A stretch of DNA of 64,000 nt from Torpedo marmorata (lineage: Eukaryota). The notes under the pieces are model-generated. The model made no database searches and was not told the origin of the DNA. It worked only from the letters and a program-made list of their open reading frames with translations. The position numbers were made by a program, and so were the translations under genes. Numbering within the stretch: the stretch's first letter is position 1; every line of letters begins with the position of its first letter. Shown here in pieces: positions 39,546 to 51,428 of this stretch. Where the stretch lies: the NCBI GenBank assembly GCA_977017645.1, contig OZ360252.1, positions 15,500,001 to 15,564,000 of the forward strand. The letters run 5' to 3'.

Positions 39546-39742
39546 ATGAGGTTTCGATGATGATAAACCATTGTTGAAGATACAAAGCGTTAAATCATAT
39601 CCTCCTCAATATGAAGTTAAAAGAAGCTAAAATTCAATATAAATCTGAATAATTATGCTGAATAAATGCAGATGAGGGAATTCTTTTGACCGACCGATTT
39701 CCTTACACTACAGAAAGCATCGAGTGCTTTCCCAATCCAGTG
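39130..39742 (-). repeat. Inverted paralog of 32995-33590
   Basis: The reverse complement shares TCGGTCGGTCAAA.GAATTCC.TCATCTGCATTTAT and TGTATCTTCAACAATG, plus the same Penelope junction. Confidence 0.85.
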
Positions 39743-41149
39743 TTCATCCGTAGGGAATATGCAGCTGGTATCTGAGCTATCCTTCCCTACTCCGCATAGC
39801 ATGAGAGAGCAAATAGTTTGTCTACATAACCACAGTGCAGCGGTGATAGGTGAAGACCCAAGGTTGAGCCTGATGCCTCATTTTCTACCCTTGAAACAAA
39901 TTCAAGGCCGAGTCTTACGTGAATATAATGCTATCCAGTCGCGTCATTGATCATTGAGAATTCTAGTGCTGATGGCAGACCCTGCCGCTTGCTCGTATCA
40001 CGGATATTTCCACAATTACGGGAACAGTTATATTCCCAAAGACAGGGGCTCTAGGTGGCATTCAAGAACAAATTAATTCCGGCAGGTTTATTCTGGTGTC
40101 ACACGTTACCATGCGTCCTGGACACAATGATAACCATTCCAACGGATGTTGCTCAACAATGAGGCCTGTTTGGATAACAGTATCGGAATTGGTATCGGTT
40201 CAGTGATTCATCTGGTGCAATGCAGACAAATGTTATTTGGAAAATCGTGAAGTGCAATGCACAAACGTGCTGGAGAAACTCAGCAGGTCATACCTGACAA
40301 AGGACAGGGGCTCGAAACGTTGGTTATCTTTTTAATATGTATGGATGTTGCGTGATCTGCTGAGTTGCTCCAGCACGTTTATGCATTGTAAACATCGTTA
40401 AGGATCAAGATGCACAATCAGTGCTCAACCTTCATAAACATTGGCTGCAAATGTGTAAAGAAGCGCATTGTGAATCCTTCTGTTAATTTATGGTCTACTT
40501 CATGTACATTTTAAGGTTAGGATACAAGACACCCTCAATAATGGTTTCCGCATTCATCACCCTTGGGGCCATCCTCCTCGCTCAGCTAATGGCGCTGATG
40601 ACGATAGTACAGAGAAGGTCGGGGAGATGAGGAGAGTTTCAAAGTTCACGCTGCATTCTGATACTTGATTGTTCTTAATTTATTCAAACTGATGTTTGCG
40701 TCACATTCCTAAAAAGTTTATCTGCGTTACAGTGAATAAGCGTCTCCCTCTCTTCCACAGGTGCAGTGATGCTCACCCGTTGCTATTTACCAAGCAATTT
40801 ATGAAGACATTGAGAACACCCTGCCTGGTAAGAATTTCAGTCATCCACAGGGTTCAGGTGTGTATTTGCATTTGACATCCACTCTTCAACTGACAAGTAT
40901 CGCACACACTTCTATAATCCACAAGTAGGAAGAAATAAAATTTGTAAACAAACATTGTGGTGGCTGGAAATAGGAGGCCCTCTCGCGTTTGAAGAGAGAA
41001 AATATTTATAAACCTTCACAATTCAATCTCATATTTGTATCATCACTCTAACTTTTCACCCCATTGAAGACAGCCGCTCTATTTACTTATCCACCCACTT
41101 CCCTTATTCCCCGAATGTTTAAACTGCATTTGACACGCATTTATCCACT

Positions 41150-41620
41150 TTTTTTAAAAAATATTTTATTTTAGGATTTTCAACTTTTTCACAATAAAAC
41201 AAAATAATGTAAAATATACATTAACCATCAGTTAAATTCGATACATAGGAATTTCGTATTACCATGAATCTAACCCCATCTAAGTCCACCCTCGCTAAAA
41301 CAACCCACCCTCCAACCTTCCCATCCCTTATCCCCTCCCCATACTAGAACTAAAAAAGAAAAGAGAAGGGAAAAGAACAATTGAAAATATATCTGTACAT
41401 ATCCATGGCTCGATGCAAGAAATTCAACAATGTTCATTCTTCAAATTTAAACTTAAGAGAGTCAGCGGAAGAATTCCGAACCGTTTTAAACTCTGCCTCT
41501 TCTTCCCGAATTATTTGTGATGACAATATCGAGCAGATGCGAACAAATATAAGGAATATTCCCACATCAAGGATGATCATGATAGTAAGATTATTTCTGC
41601 ATCCATCTTTGTGATCACAC
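41150..41620 (-). mobile_element. Probable L1 3'-end fragment present only in the pseudogene copy
   Basis: T-rich tail at ~41150-41175 and an AT-rich L1-like 3' UTR; absent from the paralogous intron. Confidence 0.5.
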
Positions 41621-41777
41621 GTGCCACGTGGTACTTCCCCATAAATCAGCGGTTCTTTAAAATTGAGATTAAATCGACATTTAAGAATTTTCTCTTTTTC
41701 TCCAACCGCCCTGCCCTAATTGTCTGAGGACATCAATAGCATTAACATTCGAATGGATGTAGTTCATCTGCACAATT

Positions 41778-41970
41778 GGCACGGTTGGCGTCGCGACTAA
41801 TTGTCGAATCAGGCGATGTCTGTAGGAGTTTGCAATTTCTCGCCATAACTTGCGTGGGTTTTCCCCGCGTGCTCCGGTTTACTCCCACCCTCCAAAACGT
41901 ACGGGATGGGTCGGTTAATAAGGTGTAATTGGTGTGAAAGGGATGAAATGGCCGGAAAGAGCTTCTGCCC
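41778..41970 (+). mobile_element. V-SINE (same intronic position as 58905-59110)
   Basis: GGAGTTTGCAATTTCTCGCCATAACTTGCGTGGGTTTTCCCCGCGTGCTCCGGTTTACTCCCACCCTCCAAA V-domain. Confidence 0.75.
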
Positions 41971-43069
41971 TAAAATCAAGTCACCATTTTCATAGGCAAA
42001 CTGGGTTGTTGCTTTGAATGGTATTCTGCAACAGTGTCGTGTGGCATTCCACGATCCTCATTGTTATAATAAAGCATTTGTGAATTCTGCCTCAATGCCC
42101 AAAATAATCTCCACATTACCTGTCAATTGCATTGACCTCTAGCCTCTGGTTCCATTGAATTCATCAATCAAATTGAATATGACAGGAGCGACCCTTCGGA
42201 TGGTGCTTTTCTGGAGCTCATGGAAACAGTTCCCGTCTTAATGTTTTGACACGTATTCGGGGGAGGGCGGGGCGTCCACTTTATATTATTTTACTTTATT
42301 CTGTTTGTTATCAACGTCTATTCCCACACGTACGACGTGAAATAACAGAGAATAGAACGATTTTAAAAATGGAGTTGTGTGAAGCCTGTGAACAGATTTG
42401 AACATGAAACAAATGTCCGGAGTGCAGCCAGGTGTGCAATGCAACGATGCAATGGCCATTATTTGTTTGATCAGAGTGCTTTGTAGGCATTGAAATATGA
42501 AATGAGCGTGCAGTCTAAGTGCGCTGTTGAGTCGTTAATATCCAGGAATCTGATCAACATATTTCCTCCGACAAACTGCGCATCACGCGAGAAAAAAAAC
42601 AAAAAACGTTGCATCCTGCGAACAAAAGATCGCTACTGAACAATGATTTACAGGAATGTCACTCTGTCTTGTCATTGACAATATTTACGTCCTCCTAGAT
42701 CTGGATCCTGCAGACTATGACCGCGCTGGCAGCAAAACCATTGATTCCCAAGAATGGCTGTTTCGGATGGGCGGTGGTGCTAATGATCCGCTCATGCTCA
42801 GGGTTGTCCACGGTGACACCAACAACATTGGTGCGTTCAGTCTCCGTTAGAACCGCATTAGACAGTTCTCTGTGGGGGTCACGTGTTGCAGCAGAGCTGA
42901 GAAGACGCGGGCCCGAGGGCTCCCCAGAAGAATCCAAACTAAAGCCTTTAAAAACGCCCAGACTCACCTTCAAACTAGCTCAATAGCTATAATATGATCA
43001 GAAAACGGAAAAATAAGCAAGGTAATTTAATCAACGACCAAAACTCAGCTTCTGCAGCAAAAACCAGAA

Positions 43070-44200
43070 ACCGGCCTTCCAAGTGAAACTACACTTCCCT
43101 TGTACATCCAGAGAACTTATTTACTCCCTTTGTGGCTTTCTGTACATCGGAGAGACCGGTGGTATATTGGGATATCGCTTCGCTGAGCACCTCCTCTCCG
43201 TTCGCAACAACAGCGACCTCCCAGTAGCCAACCATTTCAATTCCGGGTCACACTCCTTCACTCACATGTCTGTCCATGGCCTTATGTATTATCCCACATA
43301 GACTACCCGCAAATTGGAGGAACAACATCACATTTTCCGTCTGGGCACTGTCCAGCCAGAGGGCATTAACATTAACTTTTCTGCTTTCCACTAAACCTGC
43401 TTGTCGTTTCCTTCCCCTCCCCCTCACCTGTCATTCCTGTTTTTTCCACCCACACAGCCATCCATCCTCTCCCTCTTTGCTGCTGTCCCCTCCCTCCTTT
43501 CTCCACCTATCATCTCCTGCCTTTGCCTCCCCCTTCCCCCCTCACCCTTTTGTTCGGAGGCCTGCCGGCATTTTCTCATACTTTTATGAAGGACTCAAGC
43601 CCGAAACGTCGGTTATGTATTTCTACCTTTGCTACATAAAATACACTGTTTGACCTGCTGAGTTTCTCCAGCATTTGTGTTTTTTACAATATCCATGCCG
43701 ACATTTCTGTCCATGGTGCCATGCACTGCCAGACTGAGGACTACCGCAAATTGAAGGAACTTCGCCTGATATTCCGTCTGGGCACCCTCCAACCAGATGG
43801 CATTAACAGCGAGTTCTCCGGTTTCCGTTCGTCGCCCCGCCCCCACCAGTTTCCTCTTCCCCTTCCGTATGTCCCCCTTCCTGCAGCGGTATCTCTCCCT
43901 CTCTCTTTCCCTTTCCCTCTGATCTCCTTTCCTGCAGCTCTGCATTCACATGACCACCCCCTCGTCCGATCAGTTCTTCTCTTTCCTCTCCTGCCCTCCA
44001 TGTCCAATTATCGCCTTTTGCCTGTTGGCCTGTGCTCCTCCCCCTGCTCTTTCTTCTCTCCTCCCCCAGCCTTTTTGTTCTGGCGCCTGCCTGCGTTTTG
44101 CTCTTGAAGAAGGGCTCAGTTCCGAAATGTTGGTTATATACCTTTATCTCCTATGGACGCTGCGTGACATGTTGTGTTCCTCCAGCATTTTTATGTTTTT
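43070..44200 (+). mobile_element. Two tandem Penelope 3' ends (EN plus pLTR)
   Basis: CGFLYIGETG..LG.RFAEHL.SVRN..DLPVANHFNS, then a second MHCQTE..RKL.E..LIFRLGTLQPDGIN.EFS; hammerhead-like motifs at 43581-43612 and 44102-44133. Confidence 0.85.
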
Positions 44201-44409
44201 ACTTTGGATTGTACAATCCTCTTTTCATCGATATTTTTGAAATAGTTCTTCAAATCAGAAAACAAATGCAGTTAAATTCCTCCATGGTTTATCATCTGAA
44301 TTAAACGCTTACACTCTCATGCAAACTGAATTTGTGTTCATATTTTGTCATTGTTAAAAACATAGGAAATTGATAGACTTTCTGCAATTTGAAATAAACG
44401 TTCGCAATT

Positions 44410-44820
44410 AGACAATAGATAATAGGAGCTGGAGTAGGCCCTTCGGCCCGTCGAGCCAGCACCGCCATTTTACCGATCATGGCTGATCACTACTATCAGT
44501 ACCCCTTTCCAGCTTTATCCCCATAAACCTTAACTCCCCTGCCCACTAGAGTCTTATCTAACTCTCCTTTGAACATAATCAGCGAATCTGCCTCTACAAA
44601 CCTCTGTGGCAAAGCATTCCACAGATTCACATTTCTCTGGGTAAAAATGGTTTTCCTCATCTCCGTCCTAAAGTGTCTTCCCTGTATTCTGAAACTATGG
44701 CCTCTAGTCCTCGTCTCTCCCATCATTGGGAACAAGTAATCCGACTTCACCCTGTCTATCCCCTTGATAATCTTGTATACCTCAATCATGTCCCCCCTCA
44801 TCCTTCTAAACTCCATCGGA
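44410..44820 (-). mobile_element. CR1 LINE 3' end
   Basis: ORF 44496..44816 EFRRMRGDMIEVYKII.GIDRV...TRTRGH...FTQR.VNLWNALP, with a short tandem tail. Confidence 0.9.
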
Positions 44821-45339
44821 TATTGCCGTCCGCAGCTTTCTAAATAAAAGCATTTTAGTCCGTGGTACGTCTCATTGGAAAAGTTGATGAATCATATTAA
44901 GTGTCGCGAAATTAGACTTCTGAGAAATACCACGTGAAGAGTCCATTCGGACCTCCAAATATGCACGGATCAATAACCACCCAACTATAAATTAATGTTA
45001 TTGTTATTTGCCACAATTCTCAGCGACTCCCTGCAGATTATGCCACACAAACACATAAGACAGAGACCTTCGAATGGTCATTTAATCTATTATAACACTC
45101 GTCTTTCTGTTGAGGGAGAAAACTTAGCGCACAGAGCAAAAACACAGGACACACGGAGAGCGTGTAAAATCCACACAGATAGTAGCTGAGGGCAGCACTG
45201 ACCCTCTAGACTCCGGGACACTGAAGACGCGACACGAATTGTTGAAAGAAATTATTGTAACCATCGTTTTTTCAGTTATTTTGTGACGAAGGATAACATG
45301 CGCTTATATATTATGACATGAAGACTGTGAAGGAGAGAT

Positions 45340-45735
45340 TGCACAAGTCAAAAATCTGCACAATTGTTTTCCTGGAAAATTTGAGGGGGATAGATAGAGT
45401 TGATGTGGATAGACCTTTTCCATTGAGAGTAGGAGAGATGAATACAAGAGGTCATGGGTTAAGGGTTGACGGGAAAAGCTTCAGGAGTAACATGAGTGGG
45501 AACCGCTTTACTCAGAGAGTGGTTGATGTGTGGAATGGGCTTCTGGGAGAGGTGATGGAGGCAGGGTAAATTCTGTCATTTAAGTAAAAATTGGATAGGT
45601 ATATGGATGGGAGGGGAATGGAGGGATATGGGAAGTGTACTCGTAGGTGGGATTAGAGGAGGGTACTTGGATCGGTGCGGACTAGAACGGCCGAACTGAC
45701 TTGTTTCCATGCTGTTGTTGTTATATGGTAATATG
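45340..45735 (+). mobile_element. CR1 LINE 3' end inserted in the duplicated block
   Basis: RGIDRVD...TRGHGL...FTQRVV.VWN.L and a (GTTATATG)n-like tail; absent from the paralog at ~34022. Confidence 0.85.
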
Positions 45736-46467
45736 GTCTCGGGAGGATGTAAACACTCCCACTCAAAATTCCCTTTCCCGTTTCAGAGGCATCTGGAAAT
45801 ATGTTAATCATTACCAGATTGGCTTCTTTGGGGAATCAGTTGGTAATTAGCTTGAAAACGCAACAGCTGGTCTCACCGGTCGGGAATCCAAGTACTGCTC
45901 CATTTTTGCCAGGTTGAGGGTACATGTGAACGTTCAGCATAGAACGCAAGAGGGCACTGTTTATGAGGTTTCTCATTACGAGGTATCCTTGTTGAAGATG
46001 TTTTATTGATTGAGTGATAAACCATTACACCAAGATTAAAAAAGTAAAACTATGCAAAATAGAATAATGATATAAAAATGCCGATGAAGCTAATCGGACA
46101 AGCCAGTTTCATTACTCTACAGAAAGCAACAGGAACTTCCCCAGGCACTGTGTATTCCTGTTTGTGTTATTGAGTTGAGTCCACAGGAAATAGGGCGTTC
46201 TGACGTTAGTTCAGAACCGGCCACATTAGGTTCCGTGTTGTTAACAACCTCCCTTCCACCAGTAGCTTTAAAGACTATAAAGCTTTGGTCAGCTCTCCAC
46301 TCTGGGAAAACACGGGGTGTGATGCGGCACATTTATAGCCATTGAAACGCAGAACATGCCATTAATACATAATCAATAATGCAGAGGGTTTAAAGTAGAA
46401 TACTTGGAAACATAGAGGCCCGATAAAGGCTGTTCACCGCCTTTTGAAAGGTTTTTGTGTGGAGAAG

Positions 46468-47248
46468 ATCAGAATCAGAATCAGAATCAGAATCAGAATT
46501 TATTGTCATGAACAAGTCATGAAATTCGGTGTTTTGAGGCAGCATCATAGTGCAATTAACATTCATATTTACCATCTAACGACATTACTATACAAAATTA
46601 TAAACAATAGTGCACGAAAAGTATGGTAGTGTCTTTGGTTCATTGATTATTCAGGAACCTGATGGCAGCGGGGAAGAAGCTGTCCTTGTGGCGTTGAGTG
46701 CTCGTCTTTAGGCTCCTGTACCTTTTCCCCGATGGAAGCAGAGTGAAGAGGGCATGGCCTGGGTGGTGGGGGTCCTTGAGGATAGAGGCTGCTTTTTTAA
46801 GACACCGCCTCATGTAGATGTCCTCGATGGATTGAAGTTTGGTGCATATGATGTCACAGGCCGAGTTCACAACCTTCTGGAGTTTACTCTTGTCCTGGGA
46901 GTTGGCGCCGCCATTCCAGGCAGTGATGCAACCAGCCAGAATGCACTCCACGGTACACCTGTAGAAGTTTACGAGAGTCTTTGGTGACATACCGAATCTC
47001 CGCAAACACCTCACAATGTATAGCCGCTGACGAGCCTTCTTTGTGATTGCATCAACGTGGGGGCTCCAGGACAGATCCTCGGAGAAGTTGACACCCAGGA
47101 ATTTGAAGTTCTTGACCCTCTCCACAACTGAGCCCTCGTTGAGGACTGGGTCGTGTTCCCCTGACTTCCTCCGGATGTCCACAATCATCTCCTTGGTTTT
47201 GCTGACGTTGAGCTCAAGGTTGTTGTCATTACACCATTCAACGAGCTG
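46468..47248 (-). mobile_element. Rex1-clade LINE, second young 5'-truncated copy
   Basis: ORF 46640..47278 is nearly identical to the C-terminus of 246..1274, with the same (TTCTGA)n tail. Confidence 0.92.
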
Positions 47249-47479
47249 TACTAAGTTGAAAATCACTGAAAGGTCCATCGAGGCATTAATTCATGCAGCA
47301 CAGGAACAATCCCTTGGTGCGACATCTCGATGTTGACCATCAAATACCAATCTATAATTATCTCCATCCCCAGCATTTGCTCTTATGTAAATCTACTCCA
47401 TTAATTGATTCTGAATTGTTATAAGAGTACTTGCATCCAGCACACCTGCACTTATCCAAATGTGTTCCAGGTTGCAATT

Positions 47480-48160
47480 ACACTCCAGACGAAAACAAAT
47501 CTTCATCCGATCTCTACCAAACTGAATCCACCTTATGTCAATCCCATGCCGTCTGGTCTGTGAATCCTCTGGCATTCGTACATTTTGTTGCTATCTACCT
47601 TGTCTGTATCTAACATCATTTTGTGCACCTCCATCAGGTCCCCATATTGCCCCCTCTGCTCCAAGGAAAACACATCAAGCCTCTCCAGTCTTTCCTCATA
47701 ATTAATAAATTGCATCTCGAGGCACCATGCTTATGAATCATTTTTGCACCCTCTGCAGCGCCATCACATTCTTTCTATCGCGTGCCAACTGTACCTGCAT
47801 GTCACAGTCTAGCTGTGGTCCAGAAGATGATTTATAAAGTTCATCTCACTTCTCCTCTCATCTGTGTCCCTACCAATGAATGCAAGCGATTTTGCGTACT
47901 TTCTTCACCACTCTATTTACCTGTGCTACCACCTGCAGGATATTTGGGCTTGTACACCAAGTCTGCTTATTCCCATCAGTACGCTCGACATCTCTGCCAT
48001 TCATGATATATGTTCGGGCTCTCATCATGTATTCTGCTCACTTGTTAGGCTTAACTCAATTCTAACATTCCCCTGCCCAATCTTTGAGCTGGTTAATTTA
48101 GCTCTGTGGTCAAAGACCACCAACCTCTCTATTAAAGCCACCACCAATTGACTTTCCATC
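47480..48160 (-). mobile_element. Old CR1 fragment
   Basis: YEERLERLDVFSLEQR...GDLMEV.KMM remnant. Confidence 0.6.
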
Positions 48161-49775
48161 TACGTTTACCCACAATATGTCATAATGTGACTCAATTCCA
48201 CTGTATGTATAGATATCAGACGACGATGAGAGGGAGCGAAGCGAGTTGGGGGAACAAGGGATTGACATTGTGCAGGAAATGTTAAAATTGCATATCTAAC
48301 ATAGGGCAAGCAAGGAACATTCAGAACATTCCTCGTTTCCCCAAGTCTCACCACTTCTTCTCGCCCTAAATAAAAAAAGTACCAGAATAAATCAATCAAA
48401 TTACAGAAGACTAATTTAAATGATTTAGAAAACAAATAATACAATCACAAATCATTAATATAACCAACCCACCTTAAGTCTTAACCTTCTTATTTGGTGG
48501 TCAAATGTCTGCCAGTCAAAAGAATGGGTTTGTCCAAAGTGGTGCAGGTTCAGGGGGTGGATTCCCATGTGAGACTGCTGGGAAGTTTCTGCAAGCAGCT
48601 TTCCCGATTACATCACTGCAGGGAAAGGGGATAAGGTGGTTGGAGAATCATTCATCCATCACGGTTTGACCATCATTGGTTTTGTGGAAGATTACGTAGC
48701 GTCTGCAGATTGCCCTTAATGTAGTTGCGTGGTTGGGAAATAAAGGTAATTGATGGTCAAGTGAGAAATAGGTTGGTGGAAAATATGTTAGTGGAAAATA
48801 AGTGGGAAATTGCAACTGATGAGTAAACACTGCATGAACACATATTTTTCATAGTCATAGAGAAATATTGAAACATAAATCCCACTCTCATGGCCCCAAA
48901 TTCTTACAAACCGCCCACCTATTGTACCACCCTACAAAGATGCTCGTCTTTGAATTGTTGGCTGAAACAGGAACACCTGTAGAAACCTCACGATGTCCCA
49001 AGGAGAAAGGGCAAACTGCTGACAGACAGCAGACGAAGGTCAGGATTGACCCTGTGTCTCCTGGAAGTGTGGGGAATTTGAATGATGAAACTGCGAAGTG
49101 CACCACTGGGCCATTCATAATTCGACTGAATAATACCTCATTTTCACCAAAGAAAATACGGAACTATAATTGTGTTCCCATGTTGCTGCTTGCTTGTGTT
49201 CATTTTCAATGGTGGTGTTCCTTTCAGTGATCAATTAGCTGTATAGGTTTTGGCTCTTCAAGCAATAACTTTGTGTAATAGGCGCTAAGAAATTCATTCT
49301 GAGAAAATGTAAGTATCTCCAAGCAATACCATATTCATACACTTTGATGTTATTTACAGGACATGCAGAAATGATGCCTGTCCTAACCAAGGTGCACAGG
49401 TATGACCAGTTGGGTGGTTCAGGTCCCAGGTTTGTTTATACCTCGTGACCTGCAATATTCCATAAAATATGTGTGTTTCATCAAAGATTATATTTTTTAC
49501 AAATATTAGTGAACTGATTTTGGCATCTGTGGCATAATTGGCATTGTCAAATATAGTTAAACATAATTTATGATATCGAACATGTGGTGAAAGTGTTAAC
49601 TCTACTTGTTTATTCATTGACCGTGATTAATTCCATTCCTAGGGACTTCAAATACACGTTATATAGAGGGTTTTGTTCAATGCATTATCGACGAGTGCCT
49701 ATGAGAACATCATCTCTGGCTCATAGGGATCGGCAACTCTTCAGAAAGGGAAGCAAAACTCGTTCTAATAAAAAG

Positions 49776-49899
49776 ATGGTGGTGTCGAGTTTTACAAGAG
49801 ACCGCAGTCATCCAATTCCAATAGTCATTCAGATATTGTTAACACTTTGGGATATACAGATGGTTTACTATCCTCTCCTTGCTGCTGTTGGTATCCCAG
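49776..49899 (+). pseudogene. GPR139-like GPCR exon 1 (alternative in-frame ATG at 49701)
   Basis: MVVSSF...IQMVYYPLLAAVGIP then |GTAAGT; phase 1. Confidence 0.8.
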
Positions 49900-50535
49900 G
49901 TAAGTATTTTTATCCAGTTATGAATTTTCAAAAAATGTTTAAATATCAATCCATTGTTAGAATTTAGTTCTGGCAAATCAGTTAATTTAAATTCAGGGTC
50001 CCTTCTCATAAGTGCGGTACATTTCATTGTTACTGAAGTAGAGGTATGCCAAAGATACTGATCCCCATGCAAGCTGCATTGGCAAAGCAAAGACTTGTAG
50101 ATATCTACAGGCAGGAATACTGCGGAGAATACAACATAAGGTCTTGATTGTGTTCAATAACTTGCTTTGAAGCAGTCATTTGTGAATTAAATTAAGACCA
50201 GAATTCAGTCTCATTGACCCACTCTTGCACACACTTGTGACAGGTGGTTAGTTTGTGTTGCTTGTCGTTTATTAGTCTCTTCCTTACTGAAAATGTATTT
50301 AATGAGTCAACTCCCTACTGATTCACTAAGGAATAGACGAATACAGTACACATATATATTTCCCTATTTGTTCTCGATTAAAATTTAAAATCCAGTCTCC
50401 TGCAGAAAATGTAGTGCCATGTAGAAGAATAATGTCTTTCGTTTGGGCAGACAATCAGAGTTGTAAATCACTCAACATAAAATTGTTGCCTTTAACTGTC
50501 TGATCTCTAATCACTCTCTCCTCTCTTCTTTACAG

Positions 50536-51428
50536 TTAACTTGGTGACTATTTTTATCTTGTCACGAAAAAGATGTGGTCTTTCCAAATGTGTCACTTTC
50601 TACATGCTGGCCATGGCAACCTCAGATCTACTGACCATTATCATCGATCTTGTATTGAGGCATATTCCAATTATTTATCAGCTTCAATTTGTATCGTACA
50701 TCCGTCTGTGAAATATTCATGCTGTCTTGCTTTATGCAGTCACAGATTGTTCTGTCTGGTTCACTGTAATGTTTACCATTGATCGATTTGTGGCCATTTG
50801 TTGTGAGAAAATGAAAGCTAAATATTGTACCGAAAAGGCAGCAGTGATGATTTTAGCAACGGTTGCTGTTCAATCCCTTTTAAAAAACGTAATTTGGTAT
50901 TTTGTGTATACAGGTATGTATTGGCTTTTAAATGATCCTTGGTTTTGTGTCGTAAGAGATGGAAATCTGAATTCACGTATCTGGGGAGCGATTGAATTCC
51001 TTCATTTTATTCTAACACCTGGGCTTCCATTTATTCTTATTCTCCTTCTCAATGCATTGACCGTCAGGCACATTTTAGCGGCCAGCAAAGCCCGCAGGAG
51101 AATAAGAAATCGAGGCACCGGGGAACCCCGAAAGGACACAGAGATGGATAACCGAAGGAAATCTATCGTTTTATTATTTGTTATCTCGGGGAACTTTATA
51201 ATATTATGGGTGGTATTTATGGCGTATTCTATTTGGCGACGAATGAGATATTTAGGCTTGACGTCTGCAAATATACCTTTCTTTGTGCGGGAAGTGGGGT
51301 TCATGCTCCAACTCCTGTCGTGCTGAACAAACACTTGTATTTATGCCGTGACCCAAAATAAATTTAGGAACCAATTCATGGACGTTGTCAAATACCCTTT
51401 TACACTAATTGTCAAAATCGCTAAATGA
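50536..51428 (+). pseudogene. GPR139-like class A GPCR exon 2; no frameshift, two in-frame TGA (50709-50711, 51324-51326)
   Basis: TTCTTTACAG| then VNLVTIFILSRKRCGLSKCVTFYMLAMATSDLL...SVWFTVMFTIDRFVAICC...NRRKSIVLLFVISGNF...LQLLSC*TNTCIYAVTQNKFR; natural end TGA TAG at 51426. Confidence 0.85.

Larger units (their letters stand above)
39742..42870 (+). pseudogene. Inverted partial pseudogene of an SRCR receptor (TM plus 3 cytoplasmic exons with introns), paralog of 58000-60650
   Basis: Exon copies: 40521-40631 (CGA>TGA, donor GT>GA), 40761-40857 (11-bp deletion), 42143-42243 (10-bp deletion, donor GT>TT), 42699-42830 (open). Introns and the intronic SINE are also shared. Confidence 0.9.
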
